This document shows, in pieces, positions 29,096 to 41,880 of a DNA stretch of 64,000 nt. Source of the DNA: Eledone cirrhosa (Eukaryota); assembly GCA_964016885.1 (NCBI GenBank), contig OZ024740.1, forward strand, positions 35,898,001-35,962,000, in the 5' to 3' direction. The notes under the pieces were generated by a model. That model did no database searches, was not told the DNA's origin, and saw only the letters and a program-made list of their open reading frames with translations. Positions within the stretch are counted from its first letter, which is position 1; each line of letters starts with the position of its first letter. A program made the translations under genes and the position numbers.

Positions 29096-29789
29096 TTCCT
29101 TATATTGGAAGATTGTAGTTGTCAAAAGGATTGGTCAAAATTTCTTGTAAACACCATTAAATCCTTCATGGCAGAGGGTGGGAGGTGGGGGTGGCTGAAC
29201 TTGCCTGTAGAACAATGAGGGAGTGGGTGGAGCTGGTCAAGCGTTGAAAGTGAATTCTATACAGTAAATTCTAAGGAGTGTGTATGACAAAGGCTAGATA
29301 GGAAACAGGCGAGAAAGGATTCTGGAGAAAATAGAGAGGGGACGTTACAGAACAGGTAAATAAAATGAGATTAGAAGATAATAAATAAATAAAAAATATA
29401 TAAAATTATAAAATTGGATAGTAAAAAGTACTAAAAAAATCTCTAGAGCCTAAAACAGCCGCTATATTTGACTTCGGCCAATGCTATATATAATTTACTG
29501 GGGTGGGGTACTGAGGCTACAAAAGCCCGATGGGCTGCCTTGGGGTAGGCGAAAGGGAAAAAAGGAAAAGGAAGAGGATATGGAGTGGAAGAAAGTGATA
29601 CAAAGAGATAAAGGAAGAAGAAAAAAAAGGAAAAGAAAAGAAGTACATCTACCTATGTTAGCTGGGGTTTCCCTATCTTGTTCGGCAAGTGGGGAAAAGG
29701 AGGATGTTGCAGCCATTGTCTACCCACCCGGGTTATGAGGGAGTTTGAGGGCGAGGTAAGTCCTACGCAATTGGTGTTTGCATGAAGTT

Positions 29790-30207
29790 ACAAGTTCGTC
29801 TTTTTTGTTTAGGAGTTGGTCCTTCGTAAACAGCATTTGTAATGTTTCCTCCGAGCATAAGTTACATTAAGACGTCTCTCAAGGAGAAGGTCACTCTGAT
29901 ATAAAGCCTGTGATCTCGTTTGCATCCAATGATATAGACCAGTTCTTCTTTTTGGGCAAATGCATTCGATGTTCAGAGAGTGGGATTGGCTCCGTGCAAA
30001 GCCTTTCCTCACTTAAAAAGGTACCAGCACATGCATCGCTTGATATGTGACATTTTTTGCGATGCATGGTGATGTTCATGCTTAAGTATCAAGCGATGGC
30101 ATTACTCGAAATCGAGTTGCAGCCATCATGTATGTATGTATGTATGTATGTATGTATGTATGTATGTATGTATGTATGTATGTATGTATGTATGTATGTA
30201 TGTATGT
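29790..30207 (+). mobile_element. RTE-derived non-autonomous/SINE-like element with (TATG)n tail
   Basis: Homologous to 34400-34815 (aggagaagg..actctgatataa; gagtgggaytggct; tactcgaaawcgagttg(g)cagcca-tgtatg). Confidence 0.55.
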
Positions 30208-33200
30208 TCTTCTGGTTTTATAATTTCACAAAGTTTTACCAATAGAGAGAGAGTCGCTAACATAGACACAAGACTCTCTCATTGGAATTTATACAACATC
30301 AACTAGGTAGATGTGTATGCATGCATGCGTAGATATGGATGTTATTGTATGTGTGGATGTGGATGTTTGGAGTTGTATGTGTGCATGTGTATATGCTTTG
30401 TATCTGTACATGTGTATATGCAGTTATTAGATGCAACATTTTTGGAATTTTTTACATATTTTTACTGTTCCATTAATGGATTGTACTTGTAGTTTCATAA
30501 CTAGTTGTGTTCTTTCTGTTCCTGTGAAGCCTAGCTTCTCAAGATTTGTATTGAGGCAGTTACTAACATATCCCAGTGCCCCAATAATGACAGGCATAAA
30601 TCTGAAGGTGTAATCATCAGGTTTCTCATCAGTTCTGATTAAATATTCTTCTTTTCACTAATCTTTGATATTATATTGGCATCTGCTGGGCAGTTAATTT
30701 CCACTACTGTGCATGTTTTCTTCTCCCTGTCCCATATCATAATATCTGGTCTGTTATGCCTGCATTTTATTGGGGGTTTTACTGGAACATTCCACCAGTA
30801 CTCTTTCATATTATGTACATGGATGTCTTCCACATTGTTGTAGCTTTTAATGTGTTTATTATTGGGGCTATCTTTTTTACGAACTGCATTGTACAGTGTT
30901 TTGGCCACTACATCATGCCTCATAGGTAGATAGTACCGCGATGATATCTTTGGACAGCTGCTGATGACATGGGTGATATCCTCGATGTTAGTTCTGCAGA
31001 GTCTGCACTTGTTATCACATCTAGGTGTTTTGCCTGCATCCCTATCTCTTTTGTGAATCAGGTATTTCGTGCTTATCTCCTGTTCTTGGATTGCAAAAGC
31101 GTATCCTTCAAAGTGGGAGCCAATATAGCGGTTGTTGGTCCAAGATAGACTACTTTCCTTATCTATATTACTCTCACTCTGGAGCTTCCTGGAAACATAT
31201 ACATGCATGATTTTTTGCTGATAGGCATGCAGTTTTTCATCCATGGATTCACTGCGATACTGCTGAGCGACATCACTGGGTGTGAGTTTTTGATTATCAC
31301 ACAGGGAATATCTCTCAAGGAGTTCCTTCCCAACTCTCATGATCTTATCTGATTCATGCAGATAGACTTGCTCCAGCAGCGAGCTCCTACGCTTCGAGGT
31401 TCGTAGATGTTGTCGGAGAGATATGATGCGACATTCAAATGTTGTCTGGGCTGATGTTAGGCCTCTGCCTCCCTGCTTACGTTTCAAATAAAGGCGGTCT
31501 ATGTCACTGTTGATGTGGAAGTTTCCGGTGTTGTTCAGTATTTTTCGAGTTCCAACATCAACTGCTCGGATTTCGTCTATCGTCCAATTGAGTATTCCAA
31601 ACGTTGGTGTTAGGACAGGCACAGCAAACACATTGTGAGCCACTGTTTTGTTTTGCGCAGAGAGTTCCGATGACCAGATCTTTCTTAATCGGGTGTAGTA
31701 TTCCCTGGTTACGCGTTCTTTATTACAGATACCATTATAGGATATGTTCTCATCTATCCCCCGGTATCTGTAGCAGTCCTCATCAGATATCGGTGAAACA
31801 GTTAGACCATTGATGACAATGTTGCTAGATTGGGTTGTTGTTTTTCCCCGCTTTACAGTCATGTATGAGCATTTATCTTGGCCAAACTCCATTCCTATAT
31901 CCTTTGAGAACGTTGTAACCAGGTCAAGATTTTTCTTCATCCCATCCATGTTCTTGGCATAGAGTTTCAGATCGTCCACAAAGAAGTTATGGGTTAGGTT
32001 CGTATTTCTGTCCTCCTGTGAGCCAATGATGTATCCCTCACATTTCTTGAGCAGAAAGGACAAGGGGTTTAATGACAAGATGAACAATATCACAGAGAGA
32101 CTGTCCCCCTGAAATACAGCCCTGCAATATTTTATTTTATCAGTGAAAATAGAGTTCTCCCTCTCTGTCTTTAACCTTAGGATAGTAGCCCAAGAAGAAG
32201 ACAGCTTCTCTATGGCTCTGACAATAATGTCTGGGACTTTAGCAAGTTGGAGGGCCTCTATCATCCAAGAGTGGGGAACAGAATCGAAAGCTTTCTTGTA
32301 GTCCAGCTAGACTGTAGTGATATTCCTCCTAAGTTGTCTCACCTCCGACATCGCAGTTTTGTTGATTAGGAGTTGTTCAGCACATCCCCAAACCCTTTTC
32401 TTTCCAGCTGCTTGTTCATCTGTGATGATGCTATTATTTTCACAATGATCTTGGAGGAATAGGTTCAGGCAGGCTGTATACATCTCATACATGAGGTTCT
32501 GGCATGCAATGGGTCGGTAGTTTTTTGCCAAGTGGGTGTCTTTGTTCTTGGGGACCAGTAACGTTTGTGCTAATGTCAACCATTCTGGTATAAGTGTATC
32601 TCCCTTAAGAACTTGTTGGTAGAGGTCAGTAAGATACCTCCGATAGAATATTAGTTTTTTGTACCAGTAGCCGACAATCATGTCTCTTCCTGGTATTTTC
32701 TTATCTTGGAGTTTTCCTATCGCAGTCTCAAGGGTACCCTCACTTATTTCGTATGTTTTTGTTGTAGTGTAGGAGCAATAGTTCTTTCGGATTTCCCTTA
32801 GCCACACTGCATCTTGGTTGAAATTCTTCTTTTCACCCCATATTTTTCTCCAAACGGAATCTATGTCTTTCTGGGATGGGGACTCAGTGACACTTATTAT
32901 TTTGCTCTTCATATCTCTATAGACTGATGTTTGGTTTCGTCTGAATCTTTTATTAAGCATTTTTCTCTCATCTACCTTCTTCAGGTATCGGCGTTTTTCG
33001 CTAACAGCTCTCAATTCTTGTTTGAGGGTGATCAGCTTATATTGAATAGTTCTGGTTCTACTGTTACCAAACATCGTCTCTATTTTATTTTTCACTCTTT
33101 GTTGGTGAGGAGTGAGGTTTTTTTGTGTCTGTTTGCATGTAAGGAACATTGTCACATGTCCTATGTTTTTTCGTAGGTCAGCACTCTTTTTTTCTATTTT

Positions 33201-34305
33201 AGTTATATATGATGGTATTTTTGGTGGTGTTTTGTTCTTGTAATATCTCTGCTATCACCAAGATAATGCTTCACTGTCATTGCTAAGGCATATAAACAGG
33301 CGTTGATTTGCCAAAATGTTGGGGTTTTTATCCGTCGTAAATATTCATCCCCTATTTCGTCAATAACACGTAGTATTTCATTATTTGGCTTTTTATTCAC
33401 CATTGTCATTTTAACACGTTCAGCCAGAGAGATATTTATACATGAGTTAATTTCTCTCTGGAAGATTTCGTTGAGGGAAATTTTCAATTTTTTATACTTT
33501 TGATTATAATTATCGATAGTATTTTCCACAACAGTCGAGGTAGACTCGGATGGTATACGTGGTGTCACATTTATTCGATAATTATTATTATTTCTTCGAT
33601 TATTATTATTATCGATAGTGTTTTCCCCAGCATTCGAGGTAGACTTAGATGGTACAGGTGGTGTCAAGTTTCTTACAGGCATAGTTGTTTCAAGGCGCCG
33701 TTCGACCTGGCTGCTAGGAAGTCTAGTAGCATGGCGATCTGTAGCACGTGTTGTTGATTCCATGTTTGTTGTGGGGGACTTACAATTAATAATATTTATC
33801 TTATTTTTACGTTCAACAAACGTCGCTTGTTGGCGTAATTGTTTCGCTGTGAAATAATTTAGCTCTGGGTGCATTTCGTCCCAGTGTGGCTTCATTCTAT
33901 TCCTATAGCCAATGGAGGGATTGTTTTTTGCCATGTTATAACAATTAAATAAATCATTATTAAGTTCGCAACTCCAAGAGAAATGCGATTTATAATTTCG
34001 ATTTCTTTTGTAGCTACAACTGAATAAAGTTTGATTACCTTCCTTGTTATTTGTCTTCGATACTTCCTTAATTTGTTTGTTGATGTTGTGTTCAGCCATG
34101 CTGTTTGTAGCAAATCCTTGTAAAATGAATTATGTATTCAGTCGGATATCTCTACGAATACGAATAAAAGGTGTCTTCAGAAGGGATAGTTAGAAGAATA
34201 ACCAGTTATTCAACCTGGCTGTAGTTGTGGCATTACTGTCGGAGATAGTATTCATTTTAATTTTAATAAATAGTCTCCGACGCCAAAATATGCGACTGAT
34301 CGCGT
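30208..34305 (-). mobile_element. Full-length (~4.1 kb) but disrupted R4/Dong-clade RLE non-LTR retrotransposon inserted in (CATA)n
   Basis: ORF pieces 34099-33203, 33155-32307 (NYRPIAC, EQAAGKK) and 32264-30639 (QGDSLS, FFVDDLKLY, CRLC...HVISSC, RHD, RPDIMIWD); (TATG)n on both sides. Confidence 0.9.
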
Positions 34306-34399
34306 TGTATGTATGTATGTATGTATGTATGTATGTATGTATGTATGTATGTATGTATGTATGTATGTATGTATGTATGTATGTATGTATGTATGTATG

Positions 34400-34815
34400 A
34401 TGACCCCTTAGCCTTTGTCAAGGCAGAATTCTAGGAGAAGGAAAACTCTGATATAACACCTGCAACCCTGATGGTATCCAATGATGTTGACTTGTTCTTC
34501 TTTTTGGTAAATATCATCTTGGTTAAGAGAGTGGGACTGGCTTTGTGCAGTGCCTTTGCTCACTATAAAAGCTTCACAGCACAGGCATTGCTTTATATCT
34601 GGAGATCTCTCTTCACTTGTCGTCACATAGTACCATGGGCCCATCACTGTGTCAGTAATTGTCACAAGTGTAGTGTTTGTACCAGAGTTTTCAAGTCGCT
34701 GGCTGGACTAAAAAGTCACACTTGTTCAGCGCATCAGTAGAGGTTCTCCTACATGGATATAAAGTAGTGGCCGTACTCGAAAACGAGTTGGCAGCCACCA
34801 TGTATGTATGTATGC
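34400..34815 (+). mobile_element. RTE-derived bipartite element (5' UTR-like part plus BovB-like C2H2 tail)
   Basis: ctaggagaaggaaaactctgat motif; CSVCTRVFKSLAGLKSH; ends in (TATG)n. Confidence 0.6.
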
Positions 34816-34892
34816 ATGCATGCATGTACGGATTTACGTATGTTTGTGTATGTGTAACAAATCATTTGATATCATGATATATATATATATAT

Positions 34893-35078
34893 AATTGTTT
34901 CTACTTTTGGCACAAGGCCAGCAATTACCCAGTACATTACCGGTACTTTATTTTATCGAACCCGTAAGGATGAAAGGCAGAGTTAACCTCGGCGAAATTT
35001 GAACTCAGATCATAAAGGGACGCAACTCTATGCTTCAAATCATGGCGTCCGACACTCTACCGATACTGCCAATCCACC
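34893..35078 (-). mobile_element. OK/Nin-like SINE
   Basis: Reverse complement of 35107-35296. Confidence 0.85.
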
Positions 35079-35106
35079 AATGGCGATGGATTATATATAT
35101 ATATAA

Positions 35107-35292
35107 GGGCGATGGATTGGCAGTATCGGTAGAGGGTCGGACGCCATGCTTTGATGCATAGAGTAACGGCCCTTGCCATTCTGAGTTCAAATCCCGCCAT
35201 GGTTAACTTTGCCTTTTATACTTACGGGGTCGATAAAATAAAGTACCAGTAATGTACTGGGTAATTGCTGGCCTTGTGCCAAAAGTAGAAAC

Positions 35293-35296
<4 letters not shown>
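35107..35296 (+). mobile_element. OK/Nin-like SINE, full length
   Basis: A box tggcagtatcgg, B box gagttcaaatccc, Nin-like core, tail ccttgtgccaaaagtagaaacaatt. Confidence 0.88.
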
Positions 35297-35353
<57 letters not shown>

Positions 35354-35403
35354 ATTTAAAGATTGAAAAATTGACCTAAATATATTTAAATCTATTTTTT
35401 AAG

Positions 35404-35487
35404 GAAATATCCTGGTTTGACGAGAAAGAACACAATTCTGGAACCTTGTGTTCACTTTTATCATTGGATTCTTCTCGTGTGAAAGGC
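35404..35487 (+). CDS. ABCB1: ABCB1-like exon (ICL3 coupling helix), 84 bp, phase 0/0
   Basis: ttttttaAG acceptor, GTAAGT donor. Translates EISWFDEKEHNSGTLCSLLSLDSSRVKG (human [28 protein letters not shown]). Confidence 0.93.
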
Positions 35488-35686
35488 GTAAGTACTTATA
35501 TCAATTGAAATATTTCTCAGTGTTCAACTTAGTAATTTCTATTCTGTTATATATCTTAAAATTACAGATCTTTGCAAATAATTTAACTTGTTGAAAATTG
35601 AGAATCACAGATTCTACTGATTTACATGTTAGTGTTAACTTGTTTCAGCCTATCAGAGCAGCAAATAGAATGTTTTTAGAATTAAT

Positions 35687-35849
35687 AATTGTTTCTACTT
35701 TTGGCACAAGGCCAGCAATTATTCCAGTGTATTACTGGTACTTTATTTTATCGACCCCGTAAGGATGAAAGGCAAAGTTAACCTCGGCGGGATTTGAACT
35801 CAGTCCGTAAAGGGACGTAACTGTGCTGCAAAGCATGGCGTCCGACCCT
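35687..35849 (-). mobile_element. OK/Nin-like SINE, 5'-truncated
   Basis: Same family as 35107-35296. Confidence 0.85.
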
Positions 35850-36174
35850 TTTTTTAGAAATAATAATGTAAGGTTAATGTAATTAATCTGGTATCTTCTC
35901 CAAAGGGATGCAGTTGTGGGAAAATAGAATTGTGAATGGGTTACGAAAGGTTCGGGTAAAAGTTTGAGTGGGAAGAGAAAGAGCACTGAGTGCATGTAGT
36001 AATTTAGGTTTATGTGGCATTAATCACAAGAGTAAAAATAATTTTAGTTGTCGTACAAGAGAATAAGAAAGGGCATTTTTAAAAACAACTGTGAAGTTTT
36101 GAAGATATTTCTGAGTATGGTTAGCTCTTTGAAATAGATTGCTTACTGATTATGATCATTTCAGTTATATGAAT

Positions 36175-36360
36175 AATTGTTTCTACTTTTGGCACAAGGC
36201 CAGCAATTATCCCAGTGTATTACTGGTACTTTATTTTATCGACCCCGTAAGGATGAAAGGCAAAGTTAACCTCGGCGGGATTTGAACTCAGAACATAAAG
36301 GGATGTAACTATGATGGAAAGCATGGCGTCCGACCCACTACTGATACTGCCAATTCACCG
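36175..36360 (-). mobile_element. OK/Nin-like SINE
   Basis: Same family. Confidence 0.85.
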
Positions 36361-36654
36361 AATAATATTTTAGATTCAGTTTAGAAGTAGTGTGTATACC
36401 CGAAGAGGTGATCTATTCTTTTGATACTTCTGCACAAATAGTAATCTAAATTACATATAGCTTAGAATGTAGGGACAGGATCAATATCCGTATTTTGATA
36501 TTGTAAGTTTTCAGTTGAAATAGTGTAATTTTCTTCGTGGTCATACTTATGGAATATATAACTTACTCTTTTCGTCGATGATCAACGGTCTTAAGATTGA
36601 TTTTGGTTACGAATGACCAAGTAAGTGTTTTGCACCCAGAAGGCTCCCTGTCGG

Positions 36655-36897
36655 GCCACAAGTCTGAGCAAGGTGTTTTTGGTGAAGACCAGCACTCACC
36701 CTTTTATACCACTCTCCCCTCTCCACACTACCAATGTTATTCAAGGCAAAGGTAAAGGCCGATACAGCTTGGTACATGTGATTCATGCAACCTATTTCTA
36801 CAGTTGAGTGAACGTGAAATAATGTCTTTCTCAAGAACACAATGCCCCACCGTTCACTATTGTGGATCCAACGTTCTAACAACTAAGCCACATATCT
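36655..36897 (-). mobile_element. Diverged SINE of the 28075 family
   Basis: tttctacagttgagtgaacgtgaaataatgtctttctcaagaacacaa ... ctaacaactaagcca. Confidence 0.5.
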
Positions 36898-37199
36898 TCT
36901 AACAAGTGAAGTGTCAATCACTGGCGTTGTAAATAATCTTGTCCCTAAACGTAAAGTCAGATGTTTAAGGGGTTGCCATCATCAGTGTATGTTGATTTCC
37001 TGAGAAAACACAGTTTGTAAATGTTATTAAGGAAAGCTATCAAAGTTTCATGAGGATATTTTGTGAAGAGTGTGTGAGGTAATAGGGGTAATGTAAAATG
37101 TACTTAACTCTTGGTGGAGTTGTAAGGGTGCCATCTTGACACTTGGGGATCTAAAACCTGATGGAAAATTTAGGATATTACTAAGTCAAGAATTTTAAG

Positions 37200-37598
37200 T
37201 AATGACCGAAAGAATACGATTGCGAATACAAGTGGCCGAAATGGGGTCCCTCCGAAGGGTCTTTGGAGTAACATTACTCAGTAGAGTGCGTAGCTCAGAG
37301 AGTCAATCCAGCAGAGCCGCTACTTCTCCAAATTCAGAGATCACAGCTTCGGTACTCTGGGCATGTGGTTAGAATGTCTCAGGAAAGAATCGCTGGACAG
37401 ATTTTACGGGAAAAACCAACTGGTAGGAGACCCAGTTGTAGACCCTGAGCAAAATGGGTGGATAACATCCATGAGCTTGGCTGGTCTCGCTTGGGGATTC
37501 AGCCGGATCTGTTGGAGACGGTTGCTTCTGACAGGACCTGCTGGAAGGAGTGTTTGAGGACTCTGCCACCACCCACGACCCTCTCAGGTATTAGTGGG
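37200..37598 (+). mobile_element. RTE-clade LINE 3' fragment
   Basis: RIRLRIQVAEMGSLRRV..; LLQIQRSQLRYSGHVVRM..ERI; RP..KWVDNIHELGWSRLGI; followed by (GAA)n. Confidence 0.7.
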
Positions 37599-37764
37599 AG
37601 AAGAAGAAGAAGAAGAAGAAGAAGAAGAAGAAGAAGAAGAAGAAGAAGAAGAAGAAGAAGAAGAAGAAGAAGAAGAAGAAGAAGAAGAAGAAGAAGAAGA
37701 AGAAGAAGAAGAAGAAGAAGAAGAAGAAGAAGAAGAAGAAGAAGAAGAAGAAGAAGAAGAAGAA
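37599..37764. repeat. Perfect (GAA)n tract, ~55 units
   Basis: Seen directly. Confidence 0.97.
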
Positions 37765-38019
37765 GGCGAGGAGGAGGAGGTTTGTCGTTTGCGAACAACA
37801 ATTATTTAAACTTTAAGAACGGAATTTTCAGAGGTTGCCTATAACTTAAAAGCCAACTCCTTACTGGAATCATCCATGTATTCACCTTATTTTCAACTCC
37901 CTTGATATTGATTTCTATACTTCCTTCATAACTTTTCTGTTTGCCACACTTATATACACAGTATACCTTCTATACTATACAACTCCAACACTTAAATAAA
38001 AATCTATATATACACTCCG

Positions 38020-39071
38020 CAGCGCTCCAAGCTACACGCAGACATCTATCCTCGCTGACCTCGATGCTTGTATCCGAGCAGCAGCCGAGGGGATATGCAA
38101 CGTCAAGTTTGATGACATAGGGTGGCAACAGGCCACTTTACCTGTCAGGTATGGCGGCCTTGGCCTCCGGTCGCCGATCTCACTAGCTTTGACGACGTAT
38201 CTTTCGTCGGTAACCTCGTGCCGCGTCCTTGTCAGCAGGGTTATTCAAAACACAACAGAACCCTCTGTGTTCAGAGAACGGGAGGCCGTCTGTGAGACAT
38301 GGTACCGGCTGGGACTTAGCCCAGTAGACGCCCCCCCCCCCCTTCTCCCTCATTTGACGTCAAGTTCCCCCAACGTACTTTGGATGCCATCAAGTGCAGC
38401 CTGGCCTCAGACAGGCTAACAAGCCAGCTCGACCAGCACCGCCTTGCTTGTTTTCGTGCGGCCTCCAAATCCCACAGTGGTGACTGGCTCCATGCTCTGC
38501 CCTCCTTCTCCACTGGCACACAGCTAGACAACCGTAGCATGCGAATCAGCGTTTCCCTGAGGCTCGGCCTCCGGATCTGACAGCCACACCAATGTCGCTG
38601 CGGATCCACCGTGGACTCTTTCGGCCTCCACCCGCTTTCCTGTCACCACAGTGCCGGCCGCCTTCCATGCCATGCTGCCCTCAACGAGATCATTAAGCAT
38701 GGCTTGGACGCTGCAGGCTTCCCTTCCCAGCTCGAGCCGGTGGGGCTGGATCGAGGGGACGGCAAAAGGCCAGATGGCATGACCATCTTCCCGTTCTGCG
38801 GTGACAAACCCCTCGTCTGGGATGCCACTTGCAGCGACACTTTCTGCAGCCGCAACCTGGTGCAGTCTGCCACTGACCCAGGTTCTACTGCACGTCGGGC
38901 TGAGGGGGCCAAACTCCTCAAATACCGGTCGCTCTCCGACAGGTTTGCGGTCGTACCCCTGGCAGTGGAGACTTCTGGTGTCCTCGGCCCCAGGGCTACC
39001 TCCTTACTCACCACCATAGGCGCTGAGCTAGCCAGCCGCAGGTGTGAGCCCCGCGAGTTGGAGTGGCTTTT

Positions 39072-39073
<2 letters not shown>
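38020..39073 (+). mobile_element. CRE-clade non-LTR retrotransposon 3' half (post-RT, Zn finger, RLE), disrupted, broken off by (CA)n
   Basis: WQQATLPVRYGGLGLRS; SGDWLHALP; CRCG..DSFGLHPLSC; DGKRPDGMT..LVWDATCSDT; VPLAVETSG. Confidence 0.85.
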
Positions 39074-39139
<66 letters not shown>

Positions 39140-39419
39140 GCGTTATAGTCCACCTGGTTCCTTACCACCATAACGTTCGGATCTAGCTGTCGAAACGGCC
39201 GGAGCTCAGCCCAGCGGTCCTGACTCTTTCTTATTACCCACTCTACTATCCTAAGTATCGAGTACTCTCGTGCGTTATGGTCCACCTCGTATCTTACCAC
39301 ACTTTCTTTGTTATATATATATATACTAGTTGGCCTGTCCGGCTGGCGCCCGTAAGGTATACCTGCCCCCACCACTCTACTGCAAAGATACCACACACCC
39401 TCCCGTGTCACATTGTCCC

Positions 39420-39463
<44 letters not shown>

Positions 39464-39585
39464 AACTAACACTTTAATTGTATCTCTCACTGTCTAACGG
39501 CCTATATCTCTCTTTTCCCCCTCCCTCTGTTTTTCTGTCTCTCTCTGTAGATGTGTATGTGTAGTCTTCCTAATCTTTCTCTAAA

Positions 39586-39664
<79 letters not shown>

Positions 39665-39931
39665 TGAAGGGAGATACGGAAACTAAAACAGTGTTGTCAT
39701 ATAGAGAGTGAAGAGCAACAGAGAGAGTAAATCAGTTAAATTATAGAGAGGGGGAATGACCTTACATACATACATGCATACATACATACATACATATAAA
39801 GTATAGATATGTGTGTGTGTGTTTGTGTATGTGTATGTGTTTGTATATGTGTGTATGTGCATGTGTGTGTCTGTGTGTCTTGTTTTGATGTTATCCGGCA
39901 ATTGGCGAAATCAGGTGTGAAAATATGTGTA

Positions 39932-39996
<65 letters not shown>

Positions 39997-40199
39997 TGTA
40001 TCCAAATGATTTTAGATGTATGTATTACCTTCTTGCCCGTCCCTATGTTTCTCTTTCTTTCTCTCTCTCTCTCTCTCTCTCTCTCCCTCTCTCCCCTCTC
40101 TCTCTTTAGATGTGTGTGTGTGTGTGTAGTTTTCCTAATCTGTCTCTTTCACTCTGTCTCTCTAAGAGGGTTGCCTTTTGATGTATGTATTACCTGCTT

Positions 40200-40607
40200 G
40201 TGTGTTGACCGAATTTGACGGAGGTTATCCTTTTGAAATAAACATACACACGACGCTCATCTCTATGTTGATATATGATATAAATAATGGGATTGATGAG
40301 TTAATATCTGTATACAACAACTACAACGGTACGCGATGGGGCCCACCCACAGCCCCGGCGGACAGAATCGAGAAGGCGTTTCCCCGGCGGACGGCAAGGG
40401 AGACGCGCTGGAAAAGCCACTCCAACTCGCGGGGCTCACACCTGTGGTTGGCCATCTCAGCGCCTATGGTGGTGAGTAAGGAGGTAGCCCTGGGGCCGAG
40501 GACACCAGAAGTCTCCACTGCCAGGGGTACGACCGCAAATCTGTCGGAGAGCGACCAGTATTTGAGGAGTTTGGCCCCCTCAGCCCGATGTGCAGCAGAA
40601 CCTGGGT
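40200..40607 (-). mobile_element. CRE-clade 3' end (C-terminus and 3' UTR), inverted relative to 38020-39073
   Basis: PGSAAHRAEGAKLLKY...ELEWLFQRVSLAVRRGNAFSILSAG..*. Confidence 0.8.
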
Positions 40608-40708
40608 ATATATTCATATATTGAAGGCAGATACTGAAAATAAAAGAGTGTTGTCATATAGAGAGTGAAGAGAAACAGAGAGTAAAGCAGTTAAATTATA
40701 GAGAGGGT

Positions 40709-40774
<66 letters not shown>

Positions 40775-40968
40775 ATGAGACGACGCTCAGCTTTATAATA
40801 TTTGAGAATGAAGAGCGACAGAGAGAGTAAAGCAGTTAAATTATAGAGAGGGGAATGATCTATTATAGAGAGAGTGAAGAGCGACGGAGAGAGAAAAGCT
40901 AAGAAACTATAGGGAGGTGTGTAGGATACATACATAATACATACACACGACACTCAGCTTTATAATAT

Positions 40969-41024
<56 letters not shown>

Positions 41025-41029
41025 TCTCG

Positions 41030-41145
41030 AAAGGAAGAAAGGCAAAGTTAACCTCGATGGGATTTGAACTCAGACCACCGTGAACCGGAACAAATACTGA
41101 GGCACTTTTTGTTCGACACCACACCAACTCCGTCAATTCACCGCC
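41030..41145 (-). mobile_element. Diverged OK/Nin-like SINE 5' part
   Basis: gaaaggcaaagttaacctcgatgggatttgaactcag. Confidence 0.55.
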
Positions 41146-41673
41146 ATGTGTTTATAGAAAGTTGGCTAGACATATAAAGACATGTAGAATCACGTGCAAT
41201 GGAAGTAGTATATTTGGAAGAGAATTCGTATACAGACAGCTTTACGTCAAGTTTATCGTATTTGAAAATGTCGATGTTTCTTTTCTTGTTACATTGAAAT
41301 TCATTTCTAGAAGTGACCAATGACGTATCATATTTGAGATTACAAGGCTTGTTTTACGGTTCCGATGCTGTTAAATATCGAGATATATTTAACATAAAAA
41401 AAGTGTTTTTTCTCCAAAATGGCTGACTGAACACACACACACGTTTTTTCAAAAACATTTTCCCGTTCTTTTCTCATCTCACTCACTATCTTTCTGTTTC
41501 ATTTTTTATTTCTCATTCTATCTTCTGGTGAAGACTTGTGTCCGAAACGTAAATACTAATTTCCTACTATATCAAGCCTTAATTATATATATTTCTTTAT
41601 TGTACTCTGTTGTTTGCTTTGATGTTTCCGTTTACTTTTTGCACCCCCCCTCTCTCTCTCTCTCTCTCTCTCA

Positions 41674-41711
<38 letters not shown>

Positions 41712-41715
<4 letters not shown>

Positions 41716-41880
41716 ATAATACAAGGACGATTTATAAAGACTTCATTACGTTTATTCATTGGTGACGCGCGTTTCGCTATTGATCAGCTCTAGGTTCGAT
41801 CTGTATCGATCTGGCTCGACTCTGACATCACCAATCAATAAACGTAATGAAGGCTTAACAAATCGTCCTTGTATTATTAT
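41712..41880. repeat. Fold-back pLTR remnant (~53-bp arms) with half a hammerhead
   Basis: ataataatacaaggacgatt...attggtga is reverse-complementary to tcaccaat...aatcgtccttgtattattat; minus strand GAAA-cgcgcg-TC. Confidence 0.6.

Noticed and set aside
30612-30640. Minus-strand CTGATGAGAAACCTGATGA as a hammerhead
   Set aside because: No stem II or stem I; it lies in the R4/Dong coding region (ELMRNL) at a deletion.
34140-34305. HDV-like ribozyme at the R4/Dong 5' end
   Set aside because: Hairpins are visible (gtcggaga/tctccgac), but I could not build the nested double pseudoknot by eye; needs a descriptor search.
37458-37844. Poly-Arg/Glu/Leu ORFs
   Set aside because: Translation of the (GAA)n tail of an RTE fragment.
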